Source: an archaeon (lineage in GTDB: Archaea; Nanobdellota; Nanobdellia; Pacearchaeales; GW2011-AR1). Taken from it: DNA of 64,000 nt. The stretch's first letter is position 1, and every line of letters begins with the position of its first letter. Location: NCBI GenBank assembly GCA_043822125.1, contig JBDRCB010000009.1, forward strand, positions 15,736 to 79,735, in the 5' to 3' direction. The notes beneath the pieces were generated by a model. It saw only the letters and a program-made list of their open reading frames with translations, was not told the DNA's origin and did no database searches. This document shows positions 18,486 through 26,622 of the stretch, in pieces. The position numbers were made by a program, and so were the translations under genes.

Positions 18486-19205
18486 ATGGAATGTAATTTT
18501 TGTGGTGCGTCTGGAGAGAGAGCGAAGCTGTTTGATGTTATTTCTGATTCTGGAATTGTAAAAGCATGCGAGAAGTGTGTTGTTAAAGAAGGGCTACCGG
18601 TTATCAGAAAACAAGAGCCATTTTATTTTAAAGAAGCTGAAAAAAAGCAGACTGTTTATGAGAGGCTCTCACGTTCTGCTGGATTTGATAGAGAAAAATC
18701 TGAAGTAAAACCAGAACCTGATTCAAATTTGAGGAAAATTGTGGAGAAAAATTATAAGGAAAAACAAAAGACAGTCAAGCCTAAAAATCTTGTAGATAAT
18801 TTTCACTGGATTATTATGAGAGTTCGCAGAGCGAAAAAACTGACGCAGAAACAGCTTGCTGAAAATATTGGGGAGCCTGAAATTGCAGTTAAACTTGCAG
18901 AGCAGGGAATTCTTCCTGAAAATTATTTTGGCTTTGTAAATAAAATTGAAAATGCATTGGGCATAAATATCTTCAAGAAAGATTCTTCTCCTGAAAAGCC
19001 AAAAGAGATTATCTTTGACAGAAAAAATAAAGAGTATGTTACTATTGGGGATTTGAAGGGGATGAAAAAATCAGAGGAAATAGCAGAACAGCAAGGGCAT
19101 GATTTTGAGGAAGAAGAAATTGAAGATTTTGACAAAACTCCTGAAGAAATAGAGAGTAATATAGGGAAAAAAAGGAAAAGAAGATTTATGGATTTCTTCA
19201 GATAA
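18486..19205 (+). CDS. MBF1-like zinc-ribbon + XRE-type HTH protein with an acidic C-terminal extension
   Basis: CNFCG...CEKC ribbon, then an HTH (RVRRAKKLTQKQLAENIGEPEIAVKLAEQG) and an acidic tail. Confidence 0.5.
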   Translation: MECNFCGASGERAKLFDVISDSGIVKACEKCVVKEGLPVIRKQEPFYFKEAEKKQTVYERLSRSAGFDREKSEVKPEPDSNLRKIVEKNYKEKQKTVKPKNLVDNFHWIIMRVRRAKKLTQKQLAENIGEPEIAVKLAEQGILPENYFGFVNKIENALGINIFKKDSSPEKPKEIIFDRKNKEYVTIGDLKGMKKSEEIAEQQGHDFEEEEIEDFDKTPEEIESNIGKKRKRRFMDFFR

Positions 19206-19245
19206 CAAACATAATCTTTATAAACTAATTTACAGATTTTTTATT

Positions 19246-19509
19246 ATGAAGATAAATATTCTGAAAAGCTCCAAGGATGAGATTGAAATAGAATTTGAAA
19301 ACCTGACTATTGCTGAGATATTAAGGGTGTATTTGAATAAAGATTCTGCTGTAACTTTTGCAGCATGGAAAAGAGAGCATACAACTAAGAACCCTGTTTT
19401 GAGAGTTGAGACAAAGAATAAAACAGCTTTAAAGGCAGTCAAGGATGCTGTTTCTGCTGTTGAAAAAGATTTAGATAAAATCGCGACTGATTTTAAGAAG
19501 ATGAAATAA
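19246..19509 (+). CDS. rpoL: DNA-directed RNA polymerase subunit Rpo11 (RpoL)
   Basis: 87 aa. IEIEFENLTIAEILRVYLNKDSAVTFAAWKREHTTKNPVLRVET matches the Rpo11/RPB11 fold pattern. Confidence 0.7.
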   Translation: MKINILKSSKDEIEIEFENLTIAEILRVYLNKDSAVTFAAWKREHTTKNPVLRVETKNKTALKAVKDAVSAVEKDLDKIATDFKKMK

Positions 19510-19548
19510 GATAATAATACTTATTAATTCTAAAATTTTATTTTTACC

Positions 19549-20280
19549 ATGACAAACAGAATTTCTGCAGGCAGTTTTGACCTGAACAAATGGCTGGAAG
19601 GTGGTTATGAAAAAGGAGTTATTACTATGATAGCAGGTCCGCCTGGGAGCGGAAAAACTAATTTTGTTATTTCAGCGTCGTGCAGTCAGGGAAAAAAAGG
19701 GAAGAAGGTAATTTTTATTGATACAGAAGGGGGTTTTTCTGTTGAGAGAGTCAAGCAAATAGCAGGAGATTCTTCTGAAGAAATTCTTAAGAATATTTTT
19801 TTAATGGAGCCAACATGTTTTGAAGAGCAGAAAAAATGTTTTTTGAATCTCCTAGGAAAGATAAAAAAAGAGCATATTAATTTAATTGTTATTGACGGAA
19901 TGGCTATGCTTTATCGCCTTGAACTTGGAGATGCTGTAAAGATAAAAAGTGAGGAAAAAATCAAAGAGGTTAATAGAGAAGTTGCAAAGCAGATGAGAGC
20001 TCTTGCAGAAATCTCCAGAAAACAGGGAATTCCAATTATCATCACTAATCAAGTTTATTCAAAAGGTTTTTTATCAGAAGAAGAATGGAAAAAAGGAGCA
20101 GAAAGAGAGACAAATATTGTCGGCGGGGATTTGTTCAAATACTGGAGCAAGTGCATTATTGAGCTAAAAAATGAAAAAGGAAAAAGAAAAGCAATTTTGT
20201 TGAAGCACAGAAATATTTCTGAAAGAGAGCTTAATTTTGAAATCAAGGAAAAGGGAATTTTCAAGAGAGGGTGGATTTAA
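19549..20280 (+). CDS. radB: RadB-like recombinase (RadA paralog)
   Basis: GGYEKGVITMIAGPPGSGKTNF (Walker A) and LIVIDGMA (Walker B). It is 243 aa and lacks the RadA N-terminal HhH domain. Confidence 0.7.
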   Translation: MTNRISAGSFDLNKWLEGGYEKGVITMIAGPPGSGKTNFVISASCSQGKKGKKVIFIDTEGGFSVERVKQIAGDSSEEILKNIFLMEPTCFEEQKKCFLNLLGKIKKEHINLIVIDGMAMLYRLELGDAVKIKSEEKIKEVNREVAKQMRALAEISRKQGIPIIITNQVYSKGFLSEEEWKKGAERETNIVGGDLFKYWSKCIIELKNEKGKRKAILLKHRNISERELNFEIKEKGIFKRGWI

Positions 20281-20331
20281 ATGTATTTTGCAGGGAAATA
20301 ATTTTTATAAATTAAATTATTAGAATATTTT

Positions 20332-20901
20332 ATGGAAGAGTATAATACATTATCTCAAATTTGCTCGTCTTATAAATATGTTCTTATAGATACATGCAGT
20401 ATAAGCGGTTGTTATGAAAAAGATTTGCCTCCTTCAAAAAATATGCAATTTGCCCTTTACATAAAAAAAGAGATGCTTGATGGTAGCAGATTACTTGCTA
20501 CAAAAGGGGTTCTTGGAGAAATTAAAAATATTAACTCTAGGAAAAACATTAGATATGAGGAAAATTCTTTTAGAAAATTTGCTTATGTTATGACTGGAAT
20601 TAGAGAATATTTTATTCAGAATAGTAGAATTATTAGTCTAAACAATTCAAAAGAATATAAATCACATAGAAAAAGACTTCGCAATCATGTTCTTTTTTCA
20701 GAAGCAAGTGAGAATGATTTTACTTTTTTTTTAACTGGATATATCTTGTTTAAAAGAAAAAATAAAGTCGCATTAATCAGCAATGATAACCATATTCTTA
20801 TTCCGTGGATGCAGTTTAATTCAAACAGCTGGATAGAACCAGAAAGATTTAAGGCATTTAAAAGAGTAGGAATTAATGATTATTTGTCTGCATTAGGATG
20901 A
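20332..20901 (+). CDS. hypothetical protein, possible PIN-like nuclease
   Basis: The acidic residues follow PIN order: VLIDTCS, VLGEIKN, SENDFTFF, LISNDNHIL. This rests on motifs only. Confidence 0.4.
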   Translation: MEEYNTLSQICSSYKYVLIDTCSISGCYEKDLPPSKNMQFALYIKKEMLDGSRLLATKGVLGEIKNINSRKNIRYEENSFRKFAYVMTGIREYFIQNSRIISLNNSKEYKSHRKRLRNHVLFSEASENDFTFFLTGYILFKRKNKVALISNDNHILIPWMQFNSNSWIEPERFKAFKRVGINDYLSALG

Positions 20902-20906
20902 TAGTT

Positions 20907-23228
20907 TTATTCATCTCCTTGCTCTTTTTTGTATTTTTCAACTCTTTCTTTATTTGTCGGACATCCAGAATTAAAACAGAAAATCCATGGTTTCTTCCCT
21001 TTTGATAATCGCATCATCATTGGAAAACCGCACTGTTCGCAGATTTTTCCTGCTCTTTTAATTACCCCGTTCGGCGGGAGTGAATATGTATTCTTGCAGT
21101 CAGGATATGCGTCGCAGGCAATAAAATTTCTGCGGGTTTTTTTAGAGTAAGTTATCTTCAAATTTCCTTTTTTGCATAGAGGGCATGTCATAATAATATT
21201 TTCTAATCTCTCCTGTTCTCTTAATTCATCTGTTGCTTCAATAAGTTCTTTTCCTATTTCTTTTTCTTTTTTCTCAAAATGTTTTGCAATTTCTGTAATT
21301 GTTCTTTTTGCCTTTTCTATTATGTTCTGTTTCTTTTCTTCAAGAGATTTTTTTGTTCCTATTAGCGATTCCATTTCTTTTTCAAAATCCCTTGTCAATT
21401 TCTCGTCGATGATTATTGGAGAGTGTTTTTCCATTATTGAAATCATAGAAATTCCCAAAGGTGTTGCTTCAATGCTCTTTTCTTTGACGTATCCTCTGTC
21501 ATAAAGAGTTTCAAGAATAGAAGCTCTTGTTGCTTTTGTTCCGAGGTTTCTTTTTTCAAGTTCTGAAATTATTGATGCTTGAGAATATCTCCTAGGGGGC
21601 TGTGTTTCCTTCTGCTCTTTTCTAAGATTGATTATTTTAATCTCCCCATTTACATCAGGGATTTCCTTCTCATCTATCTTTATTGGATAAATCTCCATCC
21701 ATGCTTTTTTTCTGATTGAAGCTCCTTTTATTGAAAATTTCAAATTTTCAACTGTTGCAGTTATTTTTTTATTGTCAATCACAGCATCTTCGCAGAATAA
21801 AGACAAAAATCTTTTTGCAATTAAACTATAAATTTTTTCTTCATATCCCGATAATATCTGCTTGTTTCCTGTGGGATAAATAGACGGGTGAGCAGGGTCT
21901 GATTTTTTTCCTTCAATTGGTTTTTCTCTTTTCATTAAATGTTCGGAATTATATTCTCTTGCTATTTTTTTCAGAATTTCTTTATAGCCGATTGATTCTG
22001 GAATTTTCTGACTTGAAGTTCTTGGATAAGAAATCAGTCCTGAAAGATAAAGAGATTGTGCAGTTTTTAATGTATTCATAGGACTTATCCCATAAATTCT
22101 GTAAGCTTCTGTCTGAAGATTTGTAAGATTAAAAGGAGAGTTTGGGGGGATTTTCTCCTCGCGTTTTATTGTTTCTGCTACAGCTGTTTTGCCGGTTAAA
22201 TCTTCAAATTTTTTTAATTCTCCTTTGTTAAAAAGATCTTTGTTGTGCTTTAGCTCTATTTTGTGGGAATTTTTTACAGTTATGAAAACCTGCCAGTACG
22301 GGCTTGGTTTGAATTTTTGAATTTCTCTTTCTTTTTTTACAATCAGGTTTAAAGCAGGACCTTGTACTCTTCCTATCGACATGATTTTGAATCTGCCTGT
22401 TGTCTTTATTGCGTTCATCAGTGCCCTTGAGAAATTTATGCCGTAAAACCAATCAAGGTAATGCCGTGTTTCCCCTGCAATTGCCTGCCCCCAGTTGATG
22501 GTCGCAGATTTATTTTCATAGGAGTTATTCAGTTCTTTTTCTGTAAGAGTTGAGAATTTCATTCTGTTTGCATCTTTCTGCCCGCAAATAAATCTTATTA
22601 TATTAAATCCAATTAATTCTCCTTCGACATCATAATCTGTTGCTACTGTTATACTTCCTGCGTTTTTTGCAAGTTTTAAAATTGCATCATAATATTTTTT
22701 TGAAAAATCATTTTTCATAGCAAGGTAATTTGGAACCCATTTTATATCGAAGACAGGAATCTTAGATCCAGTTGAATTCTGTTTTAATGTGAAAAGATGC
22801 CCGACTGCACAACTGACGATAATTTTCTTCTTCTCCCTCTCAACTTCATAATATGGTATTCTGGACAAATTTTTTTTTGTTATCTTTCCCAAGGCGTCTG
22901 CTATTTTCACTGCTGCCTGCGGTTTTTCAGTTATTATCAGTTCATAGCTATCTTTTTTCAGACTTATTTTCGGAGGAGAGAAATCTATTTTTTTTGTAGG
23001 CGTTTTTTTCCTTTTACTATATTTTCTTCTAACTGCTATCTTTCCCTCTTTTTTTTCAACAATGTTTGTTTCTGGTTTTTTGTAGAATTTTTCAACAACA
23101 GCGACTGGTTTTCCAGGAATTGGTGCTTTTACTAGTTTTTCAACAGTGTATTTTAAATTATCTTCATCAATAGGAAAATAATCTTCTGCCAGTTTTTCTT
23201 CTTTTGTTTTTTTTAATTTGCGGGGCAT
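20907..23228 (-). CDS. topA: type IA DNA topoisomerase (TopA/Topo III-like) with C-terminal zinc ribbons
   Basis: Toprim (LIITEKPQAA, TDYDVEGELIG), active-site Tyr context LISYPRTSS and C-terminal CPLC/CDAYPDC/CEQCG ribbons. A basic extension of about 95 aa lies at the N-terminus. Confidence 0.85.
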   Translation of the reverse strand: MPRKLKKTKEEKLAEDYFPIDEDNLKYTVEKLVKAPIPGKPVAVVEKFYKKPETNIVEKKEGKIAVRRKYSKRKKTPTKKIDFSPPKISLKKDSYELIITEKPQAAVKIADALGKITKKNLSRIPYYEVEREKKKIIVSCAVGHLFTLKQNSTGSKIPVFDIKWVPNYLAMKNDFSKKYYDAILKLAKNAGSITVATDYDVEGELIGFNIIRFICGQKDANRMKFSTLTEKELNNSYENKSATINWGQAIAGETRHYLDWFYGINFSRALMNAIKTTGRFKIMSIGRVQGPALNLIVKKEREIQKFKPSPYWQVFITVKNSHKIELKHNKDLFNKGELKKFEDLTGKTAVAETIKREEKIPPNSPFNLTNLQTEAYRIYGISPMNTLKTAQSLYLSGLISYPRTSSQKIPESIGYKEILKKIAREYNSEHLMKREKPIEGKKSDPAHPSIYPTGNKQILSGYEEKIYSLIAKRFLSLFCEDAVIDNKKITATVENLKFSIKGASIRKKAWMEIYPIKIDEKEIPDVNGEIKIINLRKEQKETQPPRRYSQASIISELEKRNLGTKATRASILETLYDRGYVKEKSIEATPLGISMISIMEKHSPIIIDEKLTRDFEKEMESLIGTKKSLEEKKQNIIEKAKRTITEIAKHFEKKEKEIGKELIEATDELREQERLENIIMTCPLCKKGNLKITYSKKTRRNFIACDAYPDCKNTYSLPPNGVIKRAGKICEQCGFPMMMRLSKGKKPWIFCFNSGCPTNKERVEKYKKEQGDE

Positions 23229-23360
23229 CTTCTTTATAGGAATTTATTTTAAATAGTTTTTAAAAGTTGGTGATTTTTATTTCTAGAAATATTTATTTTT
23301 GAGAGAGGTAAATCTTTAAAATGTGAGATATTCTTATTCAATAAGTTTGATATTTCTGAT

Positions 23361-23972
23361 TTAGACCTCAAAAATTTTCGGGCTTCTTGAAACATTTATG
23401 ACTCTTGTTTTTCCTATTTTTTCCTCAATTCCTCCTGCTTCATGGATATGTGCATGAATAAGAAAATCAGGCTTAAATTCTTTTATAGCGTCTCTGACTG
23501 CTTTTGAACCAGCAAAACCTGAAAATTCAGATCTGCTTCTAGCAGGGTGCATGTGAGTAATCATTATTTTCTTTTTTTTATTTTTTATGTTTTCATGCCC
23601 TTTTTTTAAAAGCGAGAAAATTTCTTTTTCTTTTATTGTGTTTATCCCTATATCCCCTCCGCCTGCTCCGAAGATTCCAATATCATTTTTTATGAAAGAA
23701 TATCCATGGATATTTTTTGAAGGAGAATACATTTCCGCAAGGAAGTCCGCTGTTGCAATAGATTCATGGTTTCCAGGAATTAATAATACTTGTTTTTTTA
23801 ATTTCATAAACGGACCGATAAGATTCTTAACAGAATCTTCAGCAAAAGTTAAGTCACCAGCAAGTATGACTATATCCACATTTTCTTTTTTTGCTTTTCC
23901 TGCAAGTTTCTTTACCAATCCCGTATCTCCATGGACATCCCCTATAGCAAGAATTTTTATTTTTTTCTCCAT
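23361..23972 (-). CDS. metallophosphoesterase (YfcE/MJ0936-like)
   Basis: ILAIGDVHGD, LAGDL, PGNHE, THMHP and HAHIHE motifs. Confidence 0.75.
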   Translation of the reverse strand: MEKKIKILAIGDVHGDTGLVKKLAGKAKKENVDIVILAGDLTFAEDSVKNLIGPFMKLKKQVLLIPGNHESIATADFLAEMYSPSKNIHGYSFIKNDIGIFGAGGGDIGINTIKEKEIFSLLKKGHENIKNKKKKIMITHMHPARSRSEFSGFAGSKAVRDAIKEFKPDFLIHAHIHEAGGIEEKIGKTRVINVSRSPKIFEV

Positions 23973-24146
23973 GAAAATTATATGTTTTTTTAGTTAATAA
24001 ATTTAATTTATTCTTGAATAAAGTCAAAACACAAAGAAATTTTAAGTGTCTATTTTCACTACTATTGCTGTGTTAAAATATATATTGCAAAACATTTAAA
24101 AGGAAACTCCTATCTGAATATATACATTAAACTATATACATCCAAG

Positions 24147-24413
24147 ATGAAAGATAATTTTGACATCTTTTTCAGAAGAAAGCCGGCGTTGATGCTAGTC
24201 TCTTTGAAAAAAAGTATAAGGATGAGGTATGGTAGTATTTTGGCTAAAGAAGTGGATTGCACTTACAGCCATGCAGTGAAGATTTTGCAGACATTGCAGG
24301 ATTTGAAATTGGTTGACTTTGAAAAAAAGGGGCGAATAAAATTAATTAAGTTGACCAAAAAAGGAAGATTAGTAGCAGATGCAATAGAGAATATACATGA
24401 TTTAGTTAAATAG
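24147..24413 (+). CDS. small winged-helix transcriptional regulator
   Basis: 88 aa. ILAKEVDCTYSHAVKILQTLQDLKLVDFEKKGRIKLIKLTKKG is a wHTH pattern. Confidence 0.5.
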   Translation: MKDNFDIFFRRKPALMLVSLKKSIRMRYGSILAKEVDCTYSHAVKILQTLQDLKLVDFEKKGRIKLIKLTKKGRLVADAIENIHDLVK

Positions 24414-24531
24414 TTCTACTACCGCCCCAGAATTGGTTATTTTACTTAGTTGGAAATATAATTCTTAGACATTACAATTAATATAGAAGAGATTTACAAT
24501 TAGATGAAACTTTTTAGATAAAAATCAGCAT

Positions 24532-24807
24532 TTATCTTTTCTTTTTCCTTTCGTATCTGCGCCATGCAGAGGCAACTGCTTTTGATTTTCTCTCCAGCCT
24601 TCTTAAGATAGATCTTCTAAGAACTGTGCTTTTCACAATTCTCTTCTTTTTGTAAAAATCTACTACAGAATCGCCGACTTCTTTTATAAGCCTCTGGATT
24701 TTCGCCCGAGGCAATTTTGCTTCTTTTGCAGCAGATTTTATAGCGTTTCTAATCTTAGAAGGATTAAACGCTTGCCTTTTTCCGCCTCTTTTTATAACTT
24801 GTGTCAT
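24532..24807 (-). CDS. stand-alone ATP-cone domain protein with Arg/Lys-rich tail
   Basis: VIKRGGKRQAFNPSKIRNAIKSA... matches the ATP-cone start (v.KRdG...F...KI). There is no zinc ribbon or RNR domain, and the C-terminus is RRYERKKKR. Confidence 0.55.
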   Translation of the reverse strand: MTQVIKRGGKRQAFNPSKIRNAIKSAAKEAKLPRAKIQRLIKEVGDSVVDFYKKKRIVKSTVLRRSILRRLERKSKAVASAWRRYERKKKR

Positions 24808-24885
24808 ATTATATTTAATTAAAAAAGATATATAAATTTTTCTGAATTGACTTTAATATATTTTAAATCTAAAAAAATAAATTCA

Positions 24886-24973
24886 TGGCCCCGATGGGAT
24901 TTGAACCCACGACACCCAGATTTCCCTATATGATTAAGAGTCTGGTGCTCTAACCAAGCTGAGCTACGGAGCC
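24886..24973 (-). tRNA. tRNA-Lys (anticodon CTT) with a 13-nt anticodon-loop intron
   Basis: Hand-folded cloverleaf: acceptor GGCTCCG/CGGGGCC, D arm GCTC-AGCTTGGTTA-GAGC, anticodon stem CCAGA/TCTGG, loop CTCTTAA plus 13 extra nt, T arm GTGGG-TTCAAAT-CCCAT. Confidence 0.8.
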
Positions 24974-25046
24974 TTATAATGTCAAATTTGTGAGACATTA
25001 TTAATTTATGCTCAATTGGTTTTTGAACCAACATCGATTGGAAACT

Positions 25047-25069
25047 TAACCAAGCTGAGCTACGGAGCC
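25047..25069 (-). pseudogene. orphan copy of tRNA-Lys positions 1-23 (acceptor 5' strand + D stem/loop), no 3' half
   Basis: This is part of a perfect 33-bp direct repeat (24951..24983 = 25047..25079) that also includes 10 nt of upstream leader. No matching 3' acceptor strand follows. Confidence 0.5.
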
Positions 25070-25180
25070 TTATAATGTCGAATTTATTAGGTTGTGATGT
25101 GATTCTGTGTAAAATCTCAGGATTTGAAATTCAATTGTTCTTAAGTTTTTCAAACCCATCAGAGTTTTCAGTTCTGAAAA

Positions 25181-25274
25181 TGAGCCTGCACGGATTTGAA
25201 CCGTGGACCCCTGCCTTTCTGAATAAGCTTTAACTTATCAGAGCAGTGCTCTAACCTGGCTGAGCTACAGGCTC
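25181..25274 (-). tRNA. tRNA-Ile (anticodon GAT) with a 19-nt anticodon-loop intron
   Basis: Acceptor GAGCCTG/CAGGCTC, D arm GCTC-AGCCAGGTTA-GAGC, anticodon stem CTGCT/GGCAG, loop CTGATAA, T arm CACGG-TTCAAAT-CCGTG. The intron segment CTTATTCAG is nearly complementary to CTGATAAG. Confidence 0.8.
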
Positions 25275-25385
25275 CTTTAGTGTTGGATAAAACGAAACAC
25301 TATTACTTTAAATCATTATTTAATTTATAAAAGTTATTATAATAATTTCAGGAAAATTTAAAAACCAGATTTTAATAAAACTAAT

Positions 25386-25958
25386 ATGACAAAAGGATTA
25401 TATCATTATTTAAGAGAAGCATGGAAAAAACCAGACAAAAAAACACTTCGAGAAAGAATGATAGAATGGAGAGCTTCTCCTGTTGCAACTAAAGTTGAAA
25501 AACCATTAAGAATTGACAGAGCAAGAGCACTTGGATATAAAGACAAAAAAGGTTTTATAATAATAAGAGTAAGAGTAAAACGCGGAGGGCACAAGCGTCC
25601 TCGTCCGAATAAAAAAAGAAGAAGTAAAAGACTGCACACAAGAAAAAATCTGAAGATGAATTATAGGTGGATTGCAGAGCAGAGAGTTGCAAGGAAATAC
25701 AAAAATCTTGAAGTTTTAAATTCATATTTAATTGGAAAAGATGGCATTAATTATTTTTATGAAGTAATTTGTGTTGACCCTGAAAAACCAGAAATAAAAA
25801 ATGATAAAACAATAAGCTGGATTTGCGAACCTCAGAATAAAAAAAGAGTTTTCAGGGGAAGAACAAGTGCAGGAAAAAAATCTCGTGGATTAAGAAACAA
25901 ATCACCAACGAATAAATCACGCCCTTCTGTAAGAGCTGGTGGACGAAAAGGGAAGTAA
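25386..25958 (+). CDS. rpl15e: 50S ribosomal protein eL15 (L15e)
   Basis: YHYLREAWKKP...RERMIEWR...RIDRARALGYK...GFIIIRVRVKRGG is characteristic of L15e. Confidence 0.9.
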   Translation: MTKGLYHYLREAWKKPDKKTLRERMIEWRASPVATKVEKPLRIDRARALGYKDKKGFIIIRVRVKRGGHKRPRPNKKRRSKRLHTRKNLKMNYRWIAEQRVARKYKNLEVLNSYLIGKDGINYFYEVICVDPEKPEIKNDKTISWICEPQNKKRVFRGRTSAGKKSRGLRNKSPTNKSRPSVRAGGRKGK

Positions 25959-25987
25959 TTTATACCAAATAAATTTTATATTGTAGG

Positions 25988-26569
25988 ATGAAATTAAAAG
26001 GAAGTGAGACAGAAAAGAATTTACTGAAATCATTTGCTGGTGAGAGCCAAGCACGAATGCGTTATACTTATTTCGCGTCTGTTGCAAAAAAAGAAGGTTA
26101 TGAACAAATATGTGGAATATTTACAGAAACAGCAGATAATGAAAAAGAGCATGCAAAAGTTTTTTTCAAATATTTATATGAATCAAGTGGAGAACTTGTT
26201 GAGATAAAAGCTTCTTATCCTGCTGGAAAAATCAGGACAACAAAGGAAAATTTGCTCTCTGCAGCAAATGGTGAAAGGGAAGAATGGGGAGAATTATATC
26301 CTGAATTTGAAAAAATAGCAAGAGGAGAAGGGTTCAAAGAGATAGCAGATTCATTTAAAGAAATTGCAGAAGTTGAAGAGCAACATGAAAAAAGATACAG
26401 AAAACTTTTGAAAAATATAGAGGACAAAAAAGTATTTGAAAAAAATGAAACTGTAAAATGGAAATGCAGAAACTGCGGTTATGTCCAAGATGGAAAATCA
26501 GCTCCGAAAATCTGCCCTGCCTGCAAGCATCCTCAAGGTTATTATGAAATTTTAGCAGAGAATTATTAA
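25988..26569 (+). CDS. rbr: rubrerythrin
   Basis: Ferritin-like diiron EGE/EHA motifs (FAGESQARMRY, NEKEHAKVF, AEVEEQHEKRY) plus a C-terminal rubredoxin CRNCG...CPAC. Confidence 0.9.
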   Translation: MKLKGSETEKNLLKSFAGESQARMRYTYFASVAKKEGYEQICGIFTETADNEKEHAKVFFKYLYESSGELVEIKASYPAGKIRTTKENLLSAANGEREEWGELYPEFEKIARGEGFKEIADSFKEIAEVEEQHEKRYRKLLKNIEDKKVFEKNETVKWKCRNCGYVQDGKSAPKICPACKHPQGYYEILAENY

Positions 26570-26622
26570 TTATTCAGAATTAATAAGAATAATCTTAAAA
26601 ACATCTTTTTCTTGATAAATGA

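Noticed and set aside
23973-24146. Direct repeat atatacat-N6-atatacat just upstream of the small wHTH regulator gene, considered as an operator.
   Set aside because: The 8-mer is pure A/T-rich sequence in an AT-rich spacer, so the chance expectation is high. It overlaps where the TATA box would be anyway.
24819-25034. 71-aa ORF from the supplied track on the minus strand.
   Set aside because: It lies almost entirely over the tRNA-Lys gene and the tRNA-fragment repeat. The translation (…SSAWLEHQTLNHIGKSGCRGFKSHRGHEF…) is just the tRNA sequence read as codons.
25081-25180. Possible C/D-box sRNA between the tRNA fragment and tRNA-Ile. Minus-sense it reads ...CUGAUGG-N39-CUGA..., with flanks that could pair.
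   Set aside because: The C box is imperfect (CUGAUGG versus RUGAUGA). I could find no convincing internal D'/C' boxes at the expected 12-nt guide spacing. The evidence is too weak to call.
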